A DNA stretch of 64,000 nucleotides, taken from Halarcobacter sp. (GTDB taxonomy: Bacteria; Campylobacterota; Campylobacteria; Campylobacterales; Arcobacteraceae). Both the position numbers and the translations under genes were made by a program. The stretch lies in NCBI GenBank assembly GCA_048571215.1, contig CP182352.1, forward strand, positions 1,376,001 to 1,440,000, read 5' to 3'. The notes under the pieces were generated by a model that saw only the letters and a program-made list of their open reading frames with translations, was not told the origin of the DNA and made no database searches. Below, in pieces: positions 30,833 through 41,293 of this stretch; position 1 is the stretch's first letter, and every line of letters begins with the position of its first letter.

Positions 30833-32170
30833 TTAATATTTCAAAGATGCAATATATTCAGCAATTGCATCATATTCATCATCTGGTAATTTCAGTGTTG
30901 GCATATACGGCATTCCACCACTTCCTATAGCATAAAGTATAGATTTTATAGCCTCTTTATCCATACCTTTTAATCTATCTTTTAAAGGTCTATATACACC
31001 TGTTTTTTCAATAGAATGACAATTTGAACATGACATACGAGTTAAAAGTTTTCCAACTTCAAGTTTATTATCTGCTGTAATAACTTTAAGTCTATCAGGA
31101 ACAAAAGGGTTAACTTGTAAAAGACCTTTTTCAGCTATAATTGGTAGCTCACTTTTTATACCTTTTCCTGGTACATCTCTACTAATAATTTGATTTGAAT
31201 AGATATATTGACCTGCAACATATGGTTTTCTCATAGACTCTCTAAGTTTTTCCCCTGGCCAGATTCCTGCAATTAAGATTACAAATATCATTATTCCTGC
31301 CAATGGAGTACTAATAAATCGTGGTTTAACAATTGCAATTAAAAAATAAATAGAAAAAACAATTGTTAAAATAATTCTACTTTGAATAACTGAACCTTTA
31401 GTTATATTAAATACAGCATGTGCATTATCAGGTAAAGTACCCATATACCACATAAAGAAGAACATTACTAAGAATCCACCTAATAAACTTATATATCCCA
31501 TTTTTTTAGTTAACTCTTTAGATAACTCTTCATTATCTTTTTTCATTGCACTTGATATAACAAGTCCAATAACACCTGAAAGCATAATCATAAACCCTAT
31601 TCTTAAGAACATATGTGGGAAAGTATTTGTACCAAAAAAAGCATCACTTGCGCTTCCCGTAGTATAATATGCATCAGTTCCTGGCCACATCATAAAACTA
31701 ATAATACCAATAATTAATGCCAAAGTTCCAACAGAAGCTATAGCAAATGAAAAGGTGAGTTTTAAATGGGTTTTCTTATCGATTTTATCTATAAAATAGA
31801 CTAAAACAAAAACGCCTATAACTTCATAAACAAAAAAGACCCACTCGGTAGCCCACACCCATACAAAGTTGTGAATTAAGGCACTAATACCCCGAGGACT
31901 TGCAGCAGTTGCTGTATACCAAATACCTGGTCCAGTAATTGAACCAATTACATATGAAAAGATCAAAAGAAACATACCGTATTTTTTCATATACGGGTAT
32001 AAATCACTTCGATTCTCTTTATATGCCTTGTAAGCCAAAAATGCAAAAAGCATTGCAGCACCAACGGAAGTATGAGATGCTAAGATGTGTATGGTTCCAG
32101 TCATCCCCATCATCCAAGCACTTCCGTATTCTGGAAAATAAAACAATGGAAATTGTCCTATTATATCCAT
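30833..32170 (-). CDS. Cytochrome bd subunit I (CydA)-like membrane protein fused to C-terminal c-type cytochrome
   Basis: HILASH, GSITGPGIW, WATEWVFFVYE, PHMFLR, GEKLRESMRKPY; C-terminal CSNCH with distal MPYMP. Confidence 0.75.
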   Translation of the reverse strand: MDIIGQFPLFYFPEYGSAWMMGMTGTIHILASHTSVGAAMLFAFLAYKAYKENRSDLYPYMKKYGMFLLIFSYVIGSITGPGIWYTATAASPRGISALIHNFVWVWATEWVFFVYEVIGVFVLVYFIDKIDKKTHLKLTFSFAIASVGTLALIIGIISFMMWPGTDAYYTTGSASDAFFGTNTFPHMFLRIGFMIMLSGVIGLVISSAMKKDNEELSKELTKKMGYISLLGGFLVMFFFMWYMGTLPDNAHAVFNITKGSVIQSRIILTIVFSIYFLIAIVKPRFISTPLAGIMIFVILIAGIWPGEKLRESMRKPYVAGQYIYSNQIISRDVPGKGIKSELPIIAEKGLLQVNPFVPDRLKVITADNKLEVGKLLTRMSCSNCHSIEKTGVYRPLKDRLKGMDKEAIKSILYAIGSGGMPYMPTLKLPDDEYDAIAEYIASLKY

Positions 32171-32200
32171 GATAGCTCCTTATTAAAAAAATAAGTAAGA

Positions 32201-32260
32201 ATTATAATAGACAACTGTTAATTATGTATTAGTTTTAAAATTAAGTTTTGATTAAGTTTT
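32201..32260 (-). promoter_or_regulatory. Promoter of CydA-like operon: -10 TATAAT plus phased direct repeats
   Basis: TATAAT (minus) 32201-32206; ATTAAGTTTT at 32240 and 32251, degenerate ATTAGTTTT at 32228. Confidence 0.5.
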
Positions 32261-32261
32261 A

Positions 32262-32636
32262 TTATTTTTTTAGTAAGTTTGTATATATCACACCATCGAT
32301 TTCATCTTTTGAAACTTGTTCAATCTCATCACTGTGCTCAATTATAGTTAAGTTCTTAGAATCAAACATATAATTATCAGCAACCTTTTGTATATGTTTT
32401 GCTAGATTTTTTTCACTAATTATATATTTTCCATTTAAACTATTTACATATATTGCCTCTTTTATAGAGTTTACAACAACTGCAAACTCTAAACTATTTT
32501 CAAAACAATATTTTAATAAGCTCTGGTTATAATTAAATATCAAGGTGCTATTAGCTTTACTAGAACTAATATTCTCAATACTCTCAATAAAACAAATATC
32601 TTCAAAAGGAACTAGTTTATCTCCAATCAATATCAT
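32262..32636 (-). CDS. Conserved hypothetical protein
   Basis: AKHIQKVADNYMFDSK..EIDGVI; last gene of ribA-rsmG run. Confidence 0.8.
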   Translation of the reverse strand: MILIGDKLVPFEDICFIESIENISSSKANSTLIFNYNQSLLKYCFENSLEFAVVVNSIKEAIYVNSLNGKYIISEKNLAKHIQKVADNYMFDSKNLTIIEHSDEIEQVSKDEIDGVIYTNLLKK

Positions 32637-32651
32637 TTTAAATCCTTTAAA

Positions 32652-32861
32652 TTATAAACATTCTTTAGAACAAAAAAACTTTCCATTACTTATGATAGCC
32701 TCTTTTTTTGATACATATGTACCACAGCTAGGACATTCAACCATAATATCTTCTATTTTTTCATCCTCTTTTTTATTAACTTCTTTTTCTCTATCTTTTT
32801 TAAACATTACAATATAAACTAAAAATAAAACTGCAAGTATCGCTAGAACTTTAAAAATCAT
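32652..32861 (-). CDS. PP0621-family small protein (TM + Zn finger)
   Basis: N-terminal TM; MVECPSCGTYV..FFCSKEC. Confidence 0.85.
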   Translation of the reverse strand: MIFKVLAILAVLFLVYIVMFKKDREKEVNKKEDEKIEDIMVECPSCGTYVSKKEAIISNGKFFCSKECL

Positions 32862-33433
32862 TATACACCTTTTAAATAGAGATAATTTCTATCTTTTCTT
32901 GTAAAAATCTCTGTATTGTTTATTTTTGCTTCTTGCAGTTCATCTTCAAGAAGACTTCCTTTATAAAAAAGATAAGAACTATTATCTTTAGATATGTTTT
33001 TAGTTATATCTAATAATAACTTAGTTTTTGTAACAGCCCGTGAAGTTATTAAATCAACCTTGACACCTTCAACCTCTTCTACTCTTTTAGAAATAACTTC
33101 AATATTTTTTAAACCTAAACTATTTTTCACAAAATTTAAAAATGAAACTCTTTTTAGTCTTGGCTCAATTAAAAAACACTTAACTTCAGGTTTTGCCATA
33201 GCTATAATAAGTCCGGGATAACCAGCACCTGTTCCAATATCTGCAAAACTTTCAAACTTATTTAAATATTGCAAGGGGTATACAGAATCAATTATATTCT
33301 CTTCTATTTCATCATTTGATAATCGTGCACTTAGATTGTGTACACTACCCCACTTTTGTAATAGCTTTGTAAAAACATCGCATCTTGTTTTAAAATCATC
33401 ACCAAGATTGAGCTCTTCAATTTTATTTAACAT
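32861..33433 (-). CDS. rsmG: 16S rRNA m7G527 methyltransferase RsmG (GidB)
   Basis: HNLS, DIGTGAGYPG, KRVSFL, ITSRAV, YKG. Confidence 0.95.
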   Translation of the reverse strand: MLNKIEELNLGDDFKTRCDVFTKLLQKWGSVHNLSARLSNDEIEENIIDSVYPLQYLNKFESFADIGTGAGYPGLIIAMAKPEVKCFLIEPRLKRVSFLNFVKNSLGLKNIEVISKRVEEVEGVKVDLITSRAVTKTKLLLDITKNISKDNSSYLFYKGSLLEDELQEAKINNTEIFTRKDRNYLYLKGV

Positions 33434-33434
33434 A

Positions 33435-34010
33435 TTAAAACATATGTCCCATCTGATTTTTTTTTGTATTTATATACTTTTCATTATATTTATTCGATTT
33501 TGTAATTGCAGGAATTCTTTCAACAATTTCCACACCAAGAGATTCTACATAAATTATTTTTTTAGGATTATTAGTAATAAGTTTTATTTTCTTTAAATTT
33601 AAATCTTTAAAAATCTCTTCAACAACAGAATAATCTCTATCATCTTCTCCAAACCCTAGTTCTAGATTAGCTTCTATTGTATTTCTACCTTGATCTTGTA
33701 AGGCATAAGCATTAACTTTATTAAGTAATCCTATATTTCGACCTTCTTGTCTGTGATAAATAACTAACCCACCCTCTTGTGCTATAAATTTAAGAGCTAA
33801 ATCTAACTGATTTTGACAATCACATTTTAAACTTCCAAGAGTATCTCCTGTTAGACATTCTGAGTGAATTCTTACATAAGGTATTTCAATATTATTAAAA
33901 TTTTCACTCATGATTGCTAAGTGTTCTTGATTATTTAATTTATATGCTCTAATTTTAAATTTTCCATATTTTGTTGGAAGATTAGCAATATTTGACTTCT
34001 CTATATTCAT
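33435..34010 (-). CDS. ribA: GTP cyclohydrolase II
   Basis: VRIHSECLTGD..SLKCDC, QEGRNIGL, TNNPKK. Confidence 0.97.
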   Translation of the reverse strand: MNIEKSNIANLPTKYGKFKIRAYKLNNQEHLAIMSENFNNIEIPYVRIHSECLTGDTLGSLKCDCQNQLDLALKFIAQEGGLVIYHRQEGRNIGLLNKVNAYALQDQGRNTIEANLELGFGEDDRDYSVVEEIFKDLNLKKIKLITNNPKKIIYVESLGVEIVERIPAITKSNKYNEKYINTKKNQMGHMF

Positions 34011-34070
34011 ATCTTTTTAAACCTTAAGTTGCTAAAATGGAGACGATTATATCCAACAAAGGTAAATATT

Positions 34071-35042
34071 ATGTTTAAAAGATTTAGAAGATTAAGAATT
34101 AATTCTACTTTAAGAAATTTAGTTCAAGAAACAAGCCTCTCAAAAGATGATTTTATATATCCTTTATTTGTACGAGAGGGTGAAAATATTAAAAATGAAG
34201 TTGAATCAATGCCTGGTGTATTTCAAATGAGTATTGATGAGATACTAAAAGAGTGTGAGTATATAAGAAGTATTGGTTTAAATTCAATTATTTTATTTGC
34301 TATTCCAGATGTAAAAGATTCTATAGGAAGTGAGTGTTTATGTGATGAGAGTATTATCGCTAGAACAATAAAAGCAATAAAAGCTAAATTTCCCGATATG
34401 TTTATAGTAACTGATTTATGTTTTTGTGAATATACTGACCACGGACATTGTGGTATTTTAGACCCAAAAACCCAAACAGTTGATAATGATAAAACATTAG
34501 AAATCTCAGCACAACAAGCTTTAGTTCATGCAAAAGCTGGAGCTGATATGATTGCTCCAAGTGGTATGATGGATGGTATTATTGAGTGCTTAAGAACAGC
34601 ATTAGATGAAAATGGCTTTAAAGACCTACCTATTATGGCATATTCAACTAAGTTTGCAAGTGCTTATTATGGTCCTTTTAGAGATGTAGCTGAATCAACT
34701 CCAAGTTTTGGAGATAGAAGAACTTATCAAATGAATCCAGCTAATAGACTTGAAGCTTTAGAAGAATCACTTGAAGATGAGAAACAAGGTGCTGATATCC
34801 TTATGGTTAAACCAGCTTTAGCATTTATGGATATTATTAGAGATATTAGAAACAATTCTAACCTTCCAATTTGTGCTTATAATGTAAGTGGTGAATATGC
34901 GATGCTTAAACATGCGGGAGATGTTGGATTGGTTGATTATGAAAGAGTAATGATTGAGACATTAACTGGTTTAAAAAGAGCAGGAGCTAATCTTATTATT
35001 ACATATCATGCAAAAGAGGTATGTGAAATTTTAAATAGATAG
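34071..35042 (+). CDS. hemB: Porphobilinogen synthase (ALA dehydratase)
   Basis: DLCFCEYTDHGHCG, SAYYGPFRD, MVKPAL, YNVSGEY; ATG 34071 with AAGG SD preferred over TTG 34029. Confidence 0.97.
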   Translation: MFKRFRRLRINSTLRNLVQETSLSKDDFIYPLFVREGENIKNEVESMPGVFQMSIDEILKECEYIRSIGLNSIILFAIPDVKDSIGSECLCDESIIARTIKAIKAKFPDMFIVTDLCFCEYTDHGHCGILDPKTQTVDNDKTLEISAQQALVHAKAGADMIAPSGMMDGIIECLRTALDENGFKDLPIMAYSTKFASAYYGPFRDVAESTPSFGDRRTYQMNPANRLEALEESLEDEKQGADILMVKPALAFMDIIRDIRNNSNLPICAYNVSGEYAMLKHAGDVGLVDYERVMIETLTGLKRAGANLIITYHAKEVCEILNR

Positions 35043-35060
35043 GATATAAAAAGAGAGAAT

Positions 35061-37625
35061 ATGTTAAATAAATTTGAAAAAAAGCTTATATATTCAATTA
35101 GAATTGTTCCTCTAATTGTATTAATTATTTTTTCAATGACAATTACATATGTTCTCTCATCACAAAACAAGACATATTTTAACTTAGAAGAAAAAAGAAT
35201 AAAAAAAGAGTTTATTGAATCCCAAAAAGAGAATGTTAAACGGGAAGTTCATGCAGTATATGACTTAATAAATTTTGAAAAAAACCAAACTATAAACAAT
35301 CTAAAAATTGATTTAAAAAAAAGAGTATACGAAGCTTACGATATTGCAAATAGCATTTATACAAATAACTTAGATAAAGACCCAAAAGAAATTATAAAAC
35401 TAATCAAAGATGCTTTAATAAATATAAGATTTAATGACAAACGTGGCTATTTTTTTATTTATGATTTAAAGGGTGTTAATATTATGCATCCTATAAATAA
35501 AAATCTTGAAGGCAAAAATCTTTATGAATATGAAGATTTAAGAGGCAAAAAAGTTATTAAAGAATTAATAAATATAGTCAAAACGTCAAATGAAGGATTT
35601 GATACTTGGCATTGGAATAAACCTAAACATCTTAATCAAGAGTATAAAAAACTAGGTTTTGTAAAAAAATTCGAACCATTTAATTGGGTGATAGGTACTG
35701 GTGAATATATTAGTGATTTCGAAAAAGATGTTAAGTCCAATGTCTTAGAAAGAATTTCTCAAATCAAATATGACAAAAAAGGCTATGTATTTATAATTGA
35801 TTACAATGGTGTTTTTTTAAGTCATATAAAAAATGATTTAATAAATAAGAATCTAATAAACCTAACAGATACAAATGGAATAAAAATTACAAAAGAGATA
35901 ATAAATACTGCAAAAAATGGGGATGGATATATGAATTATATCCCACTTAAAGGTACTACAAAAAATAATGATTCTAAAAAAATATCTTATATAAAAGGTT
36001 TTGATGACTGGAAGTGGGCTATTGGTTCAGGTTTTAACCCAGACTCTATTAATGAAAATATTAAACGGCAACAAAAAGTAATAGAACAAGTATATAATAA
36101 AACAAAAAATAAGATTTATTTAATTATGGCTATAGTTTTAATTATAATGATTATATTGTTAATAGTTTTTTCTAAAATAATTGAAGATTTATTTGTGATG
36201 TATAGAAAAAAGAATGAAAACTATCAATCAAGGTTAAAAGAACTATTATTAGAAAAAACAAAAAGATTAGATTCATCTTTAGATACCATAGATAAATATA
36301 TATCAATATCTAAAACTGACCCTAATGGAATAATAACTTATGTTACAAAAAACTTTTGTGATAGTGTTGGTTATACAAAAGAGGAACTTATAGGTAAAAA
36401 TCACAATATAGTAAGACATCCTGATACAAAACCTGAATTATTTAAACAGATGTGGAGCACAATCAAAAAAGGAAAAGTTTTTCAAGGTGCACTTAAAAAC
36501 AAAACAAGAGATGGAAAAGAGATTTGGTTTGAAGTAATTATTCATCCAGATTATGACTTAGATAATAAGCTCTTAGGTTACACTGCTATTAGAAGAAATA
36601 TTAGCGATAAAAAAGTGATTGAAGAGTTAAAAGTCAAATTAGAACATCGAATAGAAAAAGCAATAATTAAAAATAGAGAAAAAGACTCAATTATGGCTCA
36701 TCAGTCAAAAATGGCTGCAATTGGTGAGATGTTAGAAAATATTTCTCACCAATGGAGACAACCCCTATCTATAATATCAACAGCAGCAAGTGGTCTTCAG
36801 CTTCAAAAACAGTTTGAGTTATTAAATGAAAAAGAGTTTGAAAGTAGTATGGAGCTAATATTAAAAAATACAGAATACTTATCTCATACTTTAGACAATT
36901 TTAGAGATTTTTTCACCTCTTCAAATGAATTGGTTTTATTAAATCTTAAAATTATTTATACAAAGATAAAAACATTAATTCAAAATGAAAATGAAACAAA
37001 TAATATTGAATTTATTGAAAATATTGAAGATACTGAGCTAATTGGTTTAGAAAATGAATTAAATCAAATATTCCTAAATATTATAAATAACTCAAAAGAT
37101 GCCTTTAACAAATTAAATAAAAATTCCAAAAAATATATATTTGTAGATATGTACAAGGAAAATAAAAAAGTAATAATAAAAATAAAAGACAATGCAGGTG
37201 GGATACCAATTAACTTAATAAATAAAATATTTGACCCATATTTTACAACTAAACATCAATCTATAGGTACAGGAATTGGTCTTTATATGTGTTCTGAGAT
37301 AATTACAAAACACCTACATGGTAAGATTACAGTTAAAAATGAAACTTATAATCACAAAGGAACCATATATGAAGGAGCTGAATTTAAGATTGAATTGCCT
37401 ATAAATCCTAAAGAAAAATTGTTAAAAAAGATTAAAAGACAGTTTTCAGATTTAAACTGCTATAAGTGGGATGAAGATAAAAATATTTTTATAAAAGCAG
37501 ATGATTGCAATGAAGGTGAACAATCCATTGATATTGAAGAAATTACAAACTTTTTAGATCAATTTAATATTTATTATAAAATTTCTGAAACACAAGATAT
37601 CAAAGTTGATTTTAATAAACTTTAA
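35061..37625 (+). CDS. Sensor histidine kinase (tandem Cache + PAS + HisKA/HATPase + C-terminal extension)
   Basis: 2 TMs, NHNIVRHPD PAS, ISHQWRQPL, DNAGG, GTGIGLY. Confidence 0.92.
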   Translation: MLNKFEKKLIYSIRIVPLIVLIIFSMTITYVLSSQNKTYFNLEEKRIKKEFIESQKENVKREVHAVYDLINFEKNQTINNLKIDLKKRVYEAYDIANSIYTNNLDKDPKEIIKLIKDALINIRFNDKRGYFFIYDLKGVNIMHPINKNLEGKNLYEYEDLRGKKVIKELINIVKTSNEGFDTWHWNKPKHLNQEYKKLGFVKKFEPFNWVIGTGEYISDFEKDVKSNVLERISQIKYDKKGYVFIIDYNGVFLSHIKNDLINKNLINLTDTNGIKITKEIINTAKNGDGYMNYIPLKGTTKNNDSKKISYIKGFDDWKWAIGSGFNPDSINENIKRQQKVIEQVYNKTKNKIYLIMAIVLIIMIILLIVFSKIIEDLFVMYRKKNENYQSRLKELLLEKTKRLDSSLDTIDKYISISKTDPNGIITYVTKNFCDSVGYTKEELIGKNHNIVRHPDTKPELFKQMWSTIKKGKVFQGALKNKTRDGKEIWFEVIIHPDYDLDNKLLGYTAIRRNISDKKVIEELKVKLEHRIEKAIIKNREKDSIMAHQSKMAAIGEMLENISHQWRQPLSIISTAASGLQLQKQFELLNEKEFESSMELILKNTEYLSHTLDNFRDFFTSSNELVLLNLKIIYTKIKTLIQNENETNNIEFIENIEDTELIGLENELNQIFLNIINNSKDAFNKLNKNSKKYIFVDMYKENKKVIIKIKDNAGGIPINLINKIFDPYFTTKHQSIGTGIGLYMCSEIITKHLHGKITVKNETYNHKGTIYEGAEFKIELPINPKEKLLKKIKRQFSDLNCYKWDEDKNIFIKADDCNEGEQSIDIEEITNFLDQFNIYYKISETQDIKVDFNKL

Positions 37626-37691
37626 TTTTATAATTTATTTAAGGCAACAGTCGATATAATCTTCTCTTTTTTAAAATATAAAGGTTAAATC

Positions 37692-38618
37692 ATGAGACAC
37701 TTTTTAACACTTAGAGACTATACAAAAGATGAAATACTAGAGATACTAGAGTTAGCGCATAAAATAAAATTAGAAACTAAAAATAGAGTTTTTAAAGAGT
37801 ATATGCCTAAACATACCCTAGGTATGATTTTTGAAAAAAGCAGTACAAGAACTAGAGTTAGTTTTGAAACTGGTATTTATCACTTAGGTGGTGTTGGACT
37901 ATTTTTATCTTCAAATGATATCCAATTGGGTCGTGGTGAACCCATGAGTGATACATCTAGAGTAATATCTAGAATGGTAGATATGGTTATGATTAGAACA
38001 TTTGAACATACAAAAATTGAAGAATTTGCAAAATACTCAAAAGTGCCAGTGATAAATGGACTTACAAATGAATACCATCCAGTACAACTTATGGCAGATT
38101 ATATGACTATTCAAGAGGCAAAACTAGATAAAGATTTAGTTGTAGCTTATGTTGGAGATGGAAATAACCTTGCTCACTCTTGGCTGATGTTAGCTTCAAA
38201 ACTTGGATTTGAACTTAGAATTGCTACTCCAAAAGGGTATGAAGTAAACCAAGAGATATTAAATGATGCTTTAACTTTTGCAAAAGAATCAGGTGCTAAG
38301 ATTATTATAGGCAATGACCCAAGAGAAGCTGTAAAAGATGCTACAGTTATTACTACAGATACTTGGGTATCTATGGGACAAGAGGATGAGAAAGACAAAA
38401 GAATAAAAGATTTTGAAGGTTATATAGTAGATGAAGATATGATGAAACTAGGCAATTCAAATGCAATCTTTTTACACTGTTTACCTGCCTATAGAGGTTA
38501 TGAAGTAAGTGAAGAGGTTATAGAAGGTAAACAAAGTTTAGTTTTTGAAGAAGCAGAAAACAGACTACATGCCCAAAAAGGTGTAATGGTTTGGTTAAAT
38601 AAAGTTAATAAAAAGTAG
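37692..38618 (+). CDS. argF: Ornithine carbamoyltransferase
   Basis: [30 protein letters not shown]. Confidence 0.97.
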   Translation: MRHFLTLRDYTKDEILEILELAHKIKLETKNRVFKEYMPKHTLGMIFEKSSTRTRVSFETGIYHLGGVGLFLSSNDIQLGRGEPMSDTSRVISRMVDMVMIRTFEHTKIEEFAKYSKVPVINGLTNEYHPVQLMADYMTIQEAKLDKDLVVAYVGDGNNLAHSWLMLASKLGFELRIATPKGYEVNQEILNDALTFAKESGAKIIIGNDPREAVKDATVITTDTWVSMGQEDEKDKRIKDFEGYIVDEDMMKLGNSNAIFLHCLPAYRGYEVSEEVIEGKQSLVFEEAENRLHAQKGVMVWLNKVNKK

Positions 38619-38626
38619 ATATAGAT

Positions 38627-39994
38627 ATGATTGATTTTAAAAAATTTGAAAAATATTCAAAACCAGGACCCAGATATACTTCATATCCAACGGCACCTGA
38701 ATTTAGTGAAGATTTTACACAAGAAGATTTAATAAACTATTATAAAAATCAAGATAGCAATAGAAACTTATCACTTTATATCCATCTTCCCTTTTGTAGA
38801 AGTGCATGTTATTTTTGTGGATGTAATGTAATTTTCACCTCAAAAGAGGATAAAAAAGTAAGATATTTAGAGTATCTACAAAAAGAGTTAGATATATTAA
38901 AAAATCATCTAGACACCTCTAGAGTTGTAAGCCAAATGCATTTTGGTGGAGGTACACCAACCTACTTTAGTCCAGAGCAACTTGATGATGTTATATCTAT
39001 GCTGAAAACAACTTTTCCAAACTTTAGTAGTGAAGCTGAAATCTCTTGTGAAGTTGATCCAAGACATTTCACAAAAGAACATATGGATGTACTTAAAAAG
39101 GGTGGCTTTAATAGATTAAGTTTTGGAGTTCAAGACTTAAATGAACAAGTACAAAAAACTATCCATAGAATCCAACCCTATGAAACAACACAAAATGTAA
39201 TGAATATTGCCCGTGAAGCTGGTATAAACTCTATAAATATTGATTTGATTTATGGACTTCCTTTCCAAAATAAAAAGACCTTTCATGAAACAATTGAACA
39301 GATTATAAAGTTAAATCCAGATAGATTGGCTGTATTTAATTATGCCCATGTACCATGGCTTATGAAAACAATGAGAAAATTTGATGAATCAACATTTGCA
39401 CCGCCAACAGAAAAACTTGAAATATTAAAAGATACAATCGACTTTTTTACAAGTAATGGTTATAAAATGGTAGGTATGGATCACTTTGCAAAACCTGAGG
39501 ATGAACTATTTAAAGCTATCGAAAAAGGTGAACTTCATAGAAACTTTCAAGGGTATACAACTAAAGGTGGGGCTGATTTAATAGGAATTGGTGTTACATC
39601 TATTGGAAATGGTGTTGATTATTATGCACAAAATTTCAAAGATTTAAAAACCTATGAAGAAGCCCTTGATAAGGGAGACTTACCAGTATTTAAAGGTTAT
39701 AGATTAAGCCCAGATGATATCTTAAGACAATTTGTAATCATGGAGCTTATGAGTAATTTTAGTCTAAATATAAAAAGAGTTGAAAATAGATTTAATATAA
39801 ACTTTAATGAGTATTTTAAAGATGCCTTAAATGATTTAAATGAATTTATTGATGCAGAGTTAGTTTCAATTAATGATGATAAAATTGAAGTATCTCAAAC
39901 AGGAACAATGTTAATAAGAAATATATGTATGCCTTTTGATGCTTATTTAAAAAAGATTCCTGAAAATAAAAGAAGGTTTAGTAAAACAATATAA
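38627..39994 (+). CDS. hemN: Oxygen-independent coproporphyrinogen III oxidase
   Basis: GPRYTSYPTA, HLPFCRSACYFCGC, GGGTP, HRNFQGYTT. Confidence 0.97.
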   Translation: MIDFKKFEKYSKPGPRYTSYPTAPEFSEDFTQEDLINYYKNQDSNRNLSLYIHLPFCRSACYFCGCNVIFTSKEDKKVRYLEYLQKELDILKNHLDTSRVVSQMHFGGGTPTYFSPEQLDDVISMLKTTFPNFSSEAEISCEVDPRHFTKEHMDVLKKGGFNRLSFGVQDLNEQVQKTIHRIQPYETTQNVMNIAREAGINSINIDLIYGLPFQNKKTFHETIEQIIKLNPDRLAVFNYAHVPWLMKTMRKFDESTFAPPTEKLEILKDTIDFFTSNGYKMVGMDHFAKPEDELFKAIEKGELHRNFQGYTTKGGADLIGIGVTSIGNGVDYYAQNFKDLKTYEEALDKGDLPVFKGYRLSPDDILRQFVIMELMSNFSLNIKRVENRFNINFNEYFKDALNDLNEFIDAELVSINDDKIEVSQTGTMLIRNICMPFDAYLKKIPENKRRFSKTI

Positions 39995-41292
39995 TGAATA
40001 TATTAGATAAATTTGATTATACAGAAATTAGTGATGATTGTATAAAATGTGGTAAATGTAAACCCGTTTGTACAATATTTAATATAAATCAAGATGAGAC
40101 AACATCTCCAAGGGGATTTATTGATCTTTTAGGAGCATATAAAAGAGATGAGTTAGAACTTGATAAAAATGCAAAAGATATTTTCGAGTCATGTTTTTTA
40201 TGTACAAACTGTGTTGAAGTTTGTCCAAATGACTTGCCAACAGATATGATAATAGAGCAAGTTAGAAGTGATATTGCTAAAAAATATGGAATAGCTTGGT
40301 ATAAAAGATTGTTTTTCTATCTTCTTAGACATAGAAAAACAATGGATTTTTTATCAAAACTTGGTTGGATGTTCCAAACTTGCGCCTTAAAGCTTGACAA
40401 TAAAAAACAATCAGGACTTCCAAGGTTTTCACTTCCAATAGTAAAAAAAGATAGAACTTTGCCATATGCTGATAGTAGAAGTTTTCTAAATAAATATCCG
40501 GAAAATATCCTTGCAAAAGATAAAAAAGTTCTTGATGACAAAAAAAATAAAGTAGCTATTTTTATAGGTTGTATGAGTAACTATACATATACAAAAACAG
40601 GTGATTCTTTAGTAAAAATACTTAAAAAACTTGAACTTGATATTTTTATCCCTAAAAAACAATTGTGTTGTGGTGCACCTGCATATTTTACAGGTGATTT
40701 CGATACAGTTGATTTTTTAGTTAAAAAAAATATAGAATATTTTGAAACCTGGATAGATGATGTTGATGCAATAATTATCCCTGAAGCTACTTGTAGTGCA
40801 ATGATCAGTCAAGATTGGGAACACTACTTACATAATCAACCAGAGTGGAAAAAAAGAGCTACAAAAATATCTAAAAAAGTATTTATGGCAACAAAATGGC
40901 TTGAAAATAGTACAGACTTAAAACAATTACTATCAAAATCTAATAAAAAATTTGATGATTTAGTAACTTATCATGACCCATGTCATGCTAAAAAGATGCA
41001 AAATGTATGGCAAGAGCCAAGAAGTCTTTTATCTCAAAACTACTCTTTAAAAGAGATGAGTGATTCAAATAGATGTTGTGGTTTTGGTGGAGTTACAATG
41101 CAAACTGAAAAATACCATTTTGCAAAAGCAGCAGGTACTCCAAAAGCTGCAATGATAAAAGAAACAAAAGCACAAATTGTAAGTGCTGAATGTAGTGCTT
41201 GTAGAATGCAAATCACTAATTCATTACATCAAGCTGATGTAGATGTTGTATTTAAAAATCCTATTGAATTAATTGCGGATGCTTTAGACTAA
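39994..41292 (+). CDS. Fe-S oxidoreductase (GlcF-like; 2x4Fe-4S + CCG domains)
   Basis: CIKCGKCKPVC, CFLCTNCVEVCP, CCGAP, YHDPCH, CCGFGG. Confidence 0.88.
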   Translation: MNILDKFDYTEISDDCIKCGKCKPVCTIFNINQDETTSPRGFIDLLGAYKRDELELDKNAKDIFESCFLCTNCVEVCPNDLPTDMIIEQVRSDIAKKYGIAWYKRLFFYLLRHRKTMDFLSKLGWMFQTCALKLDNKKQSGLPRFSLPIVKKDRTLPYADSRSFLNKYPENILAKDKKVLDDKKNKVAIFIGCMSNYTYTKTGDSLVKILKKLELDIFIPKKQLCCGAPAYFTGDFDTVDFLVKKNIEYFETWIDDVDAIIIPEATCSAMISQDWEHYLHNQPEWKKRATKISKKVFMATKWLENSTDLKQLLSKSNKKFDDLVTYHDPCHAKKMQNVWQEPRSLLSQNYSLKEMSDSNRCCGFGGVTMQTEKYHFAKAAGTPKAAMIKETKAQIVSAECSACRMQITNSLHQADVDVVFKNPIELIADALD

Positions 41293-41293
41293 A

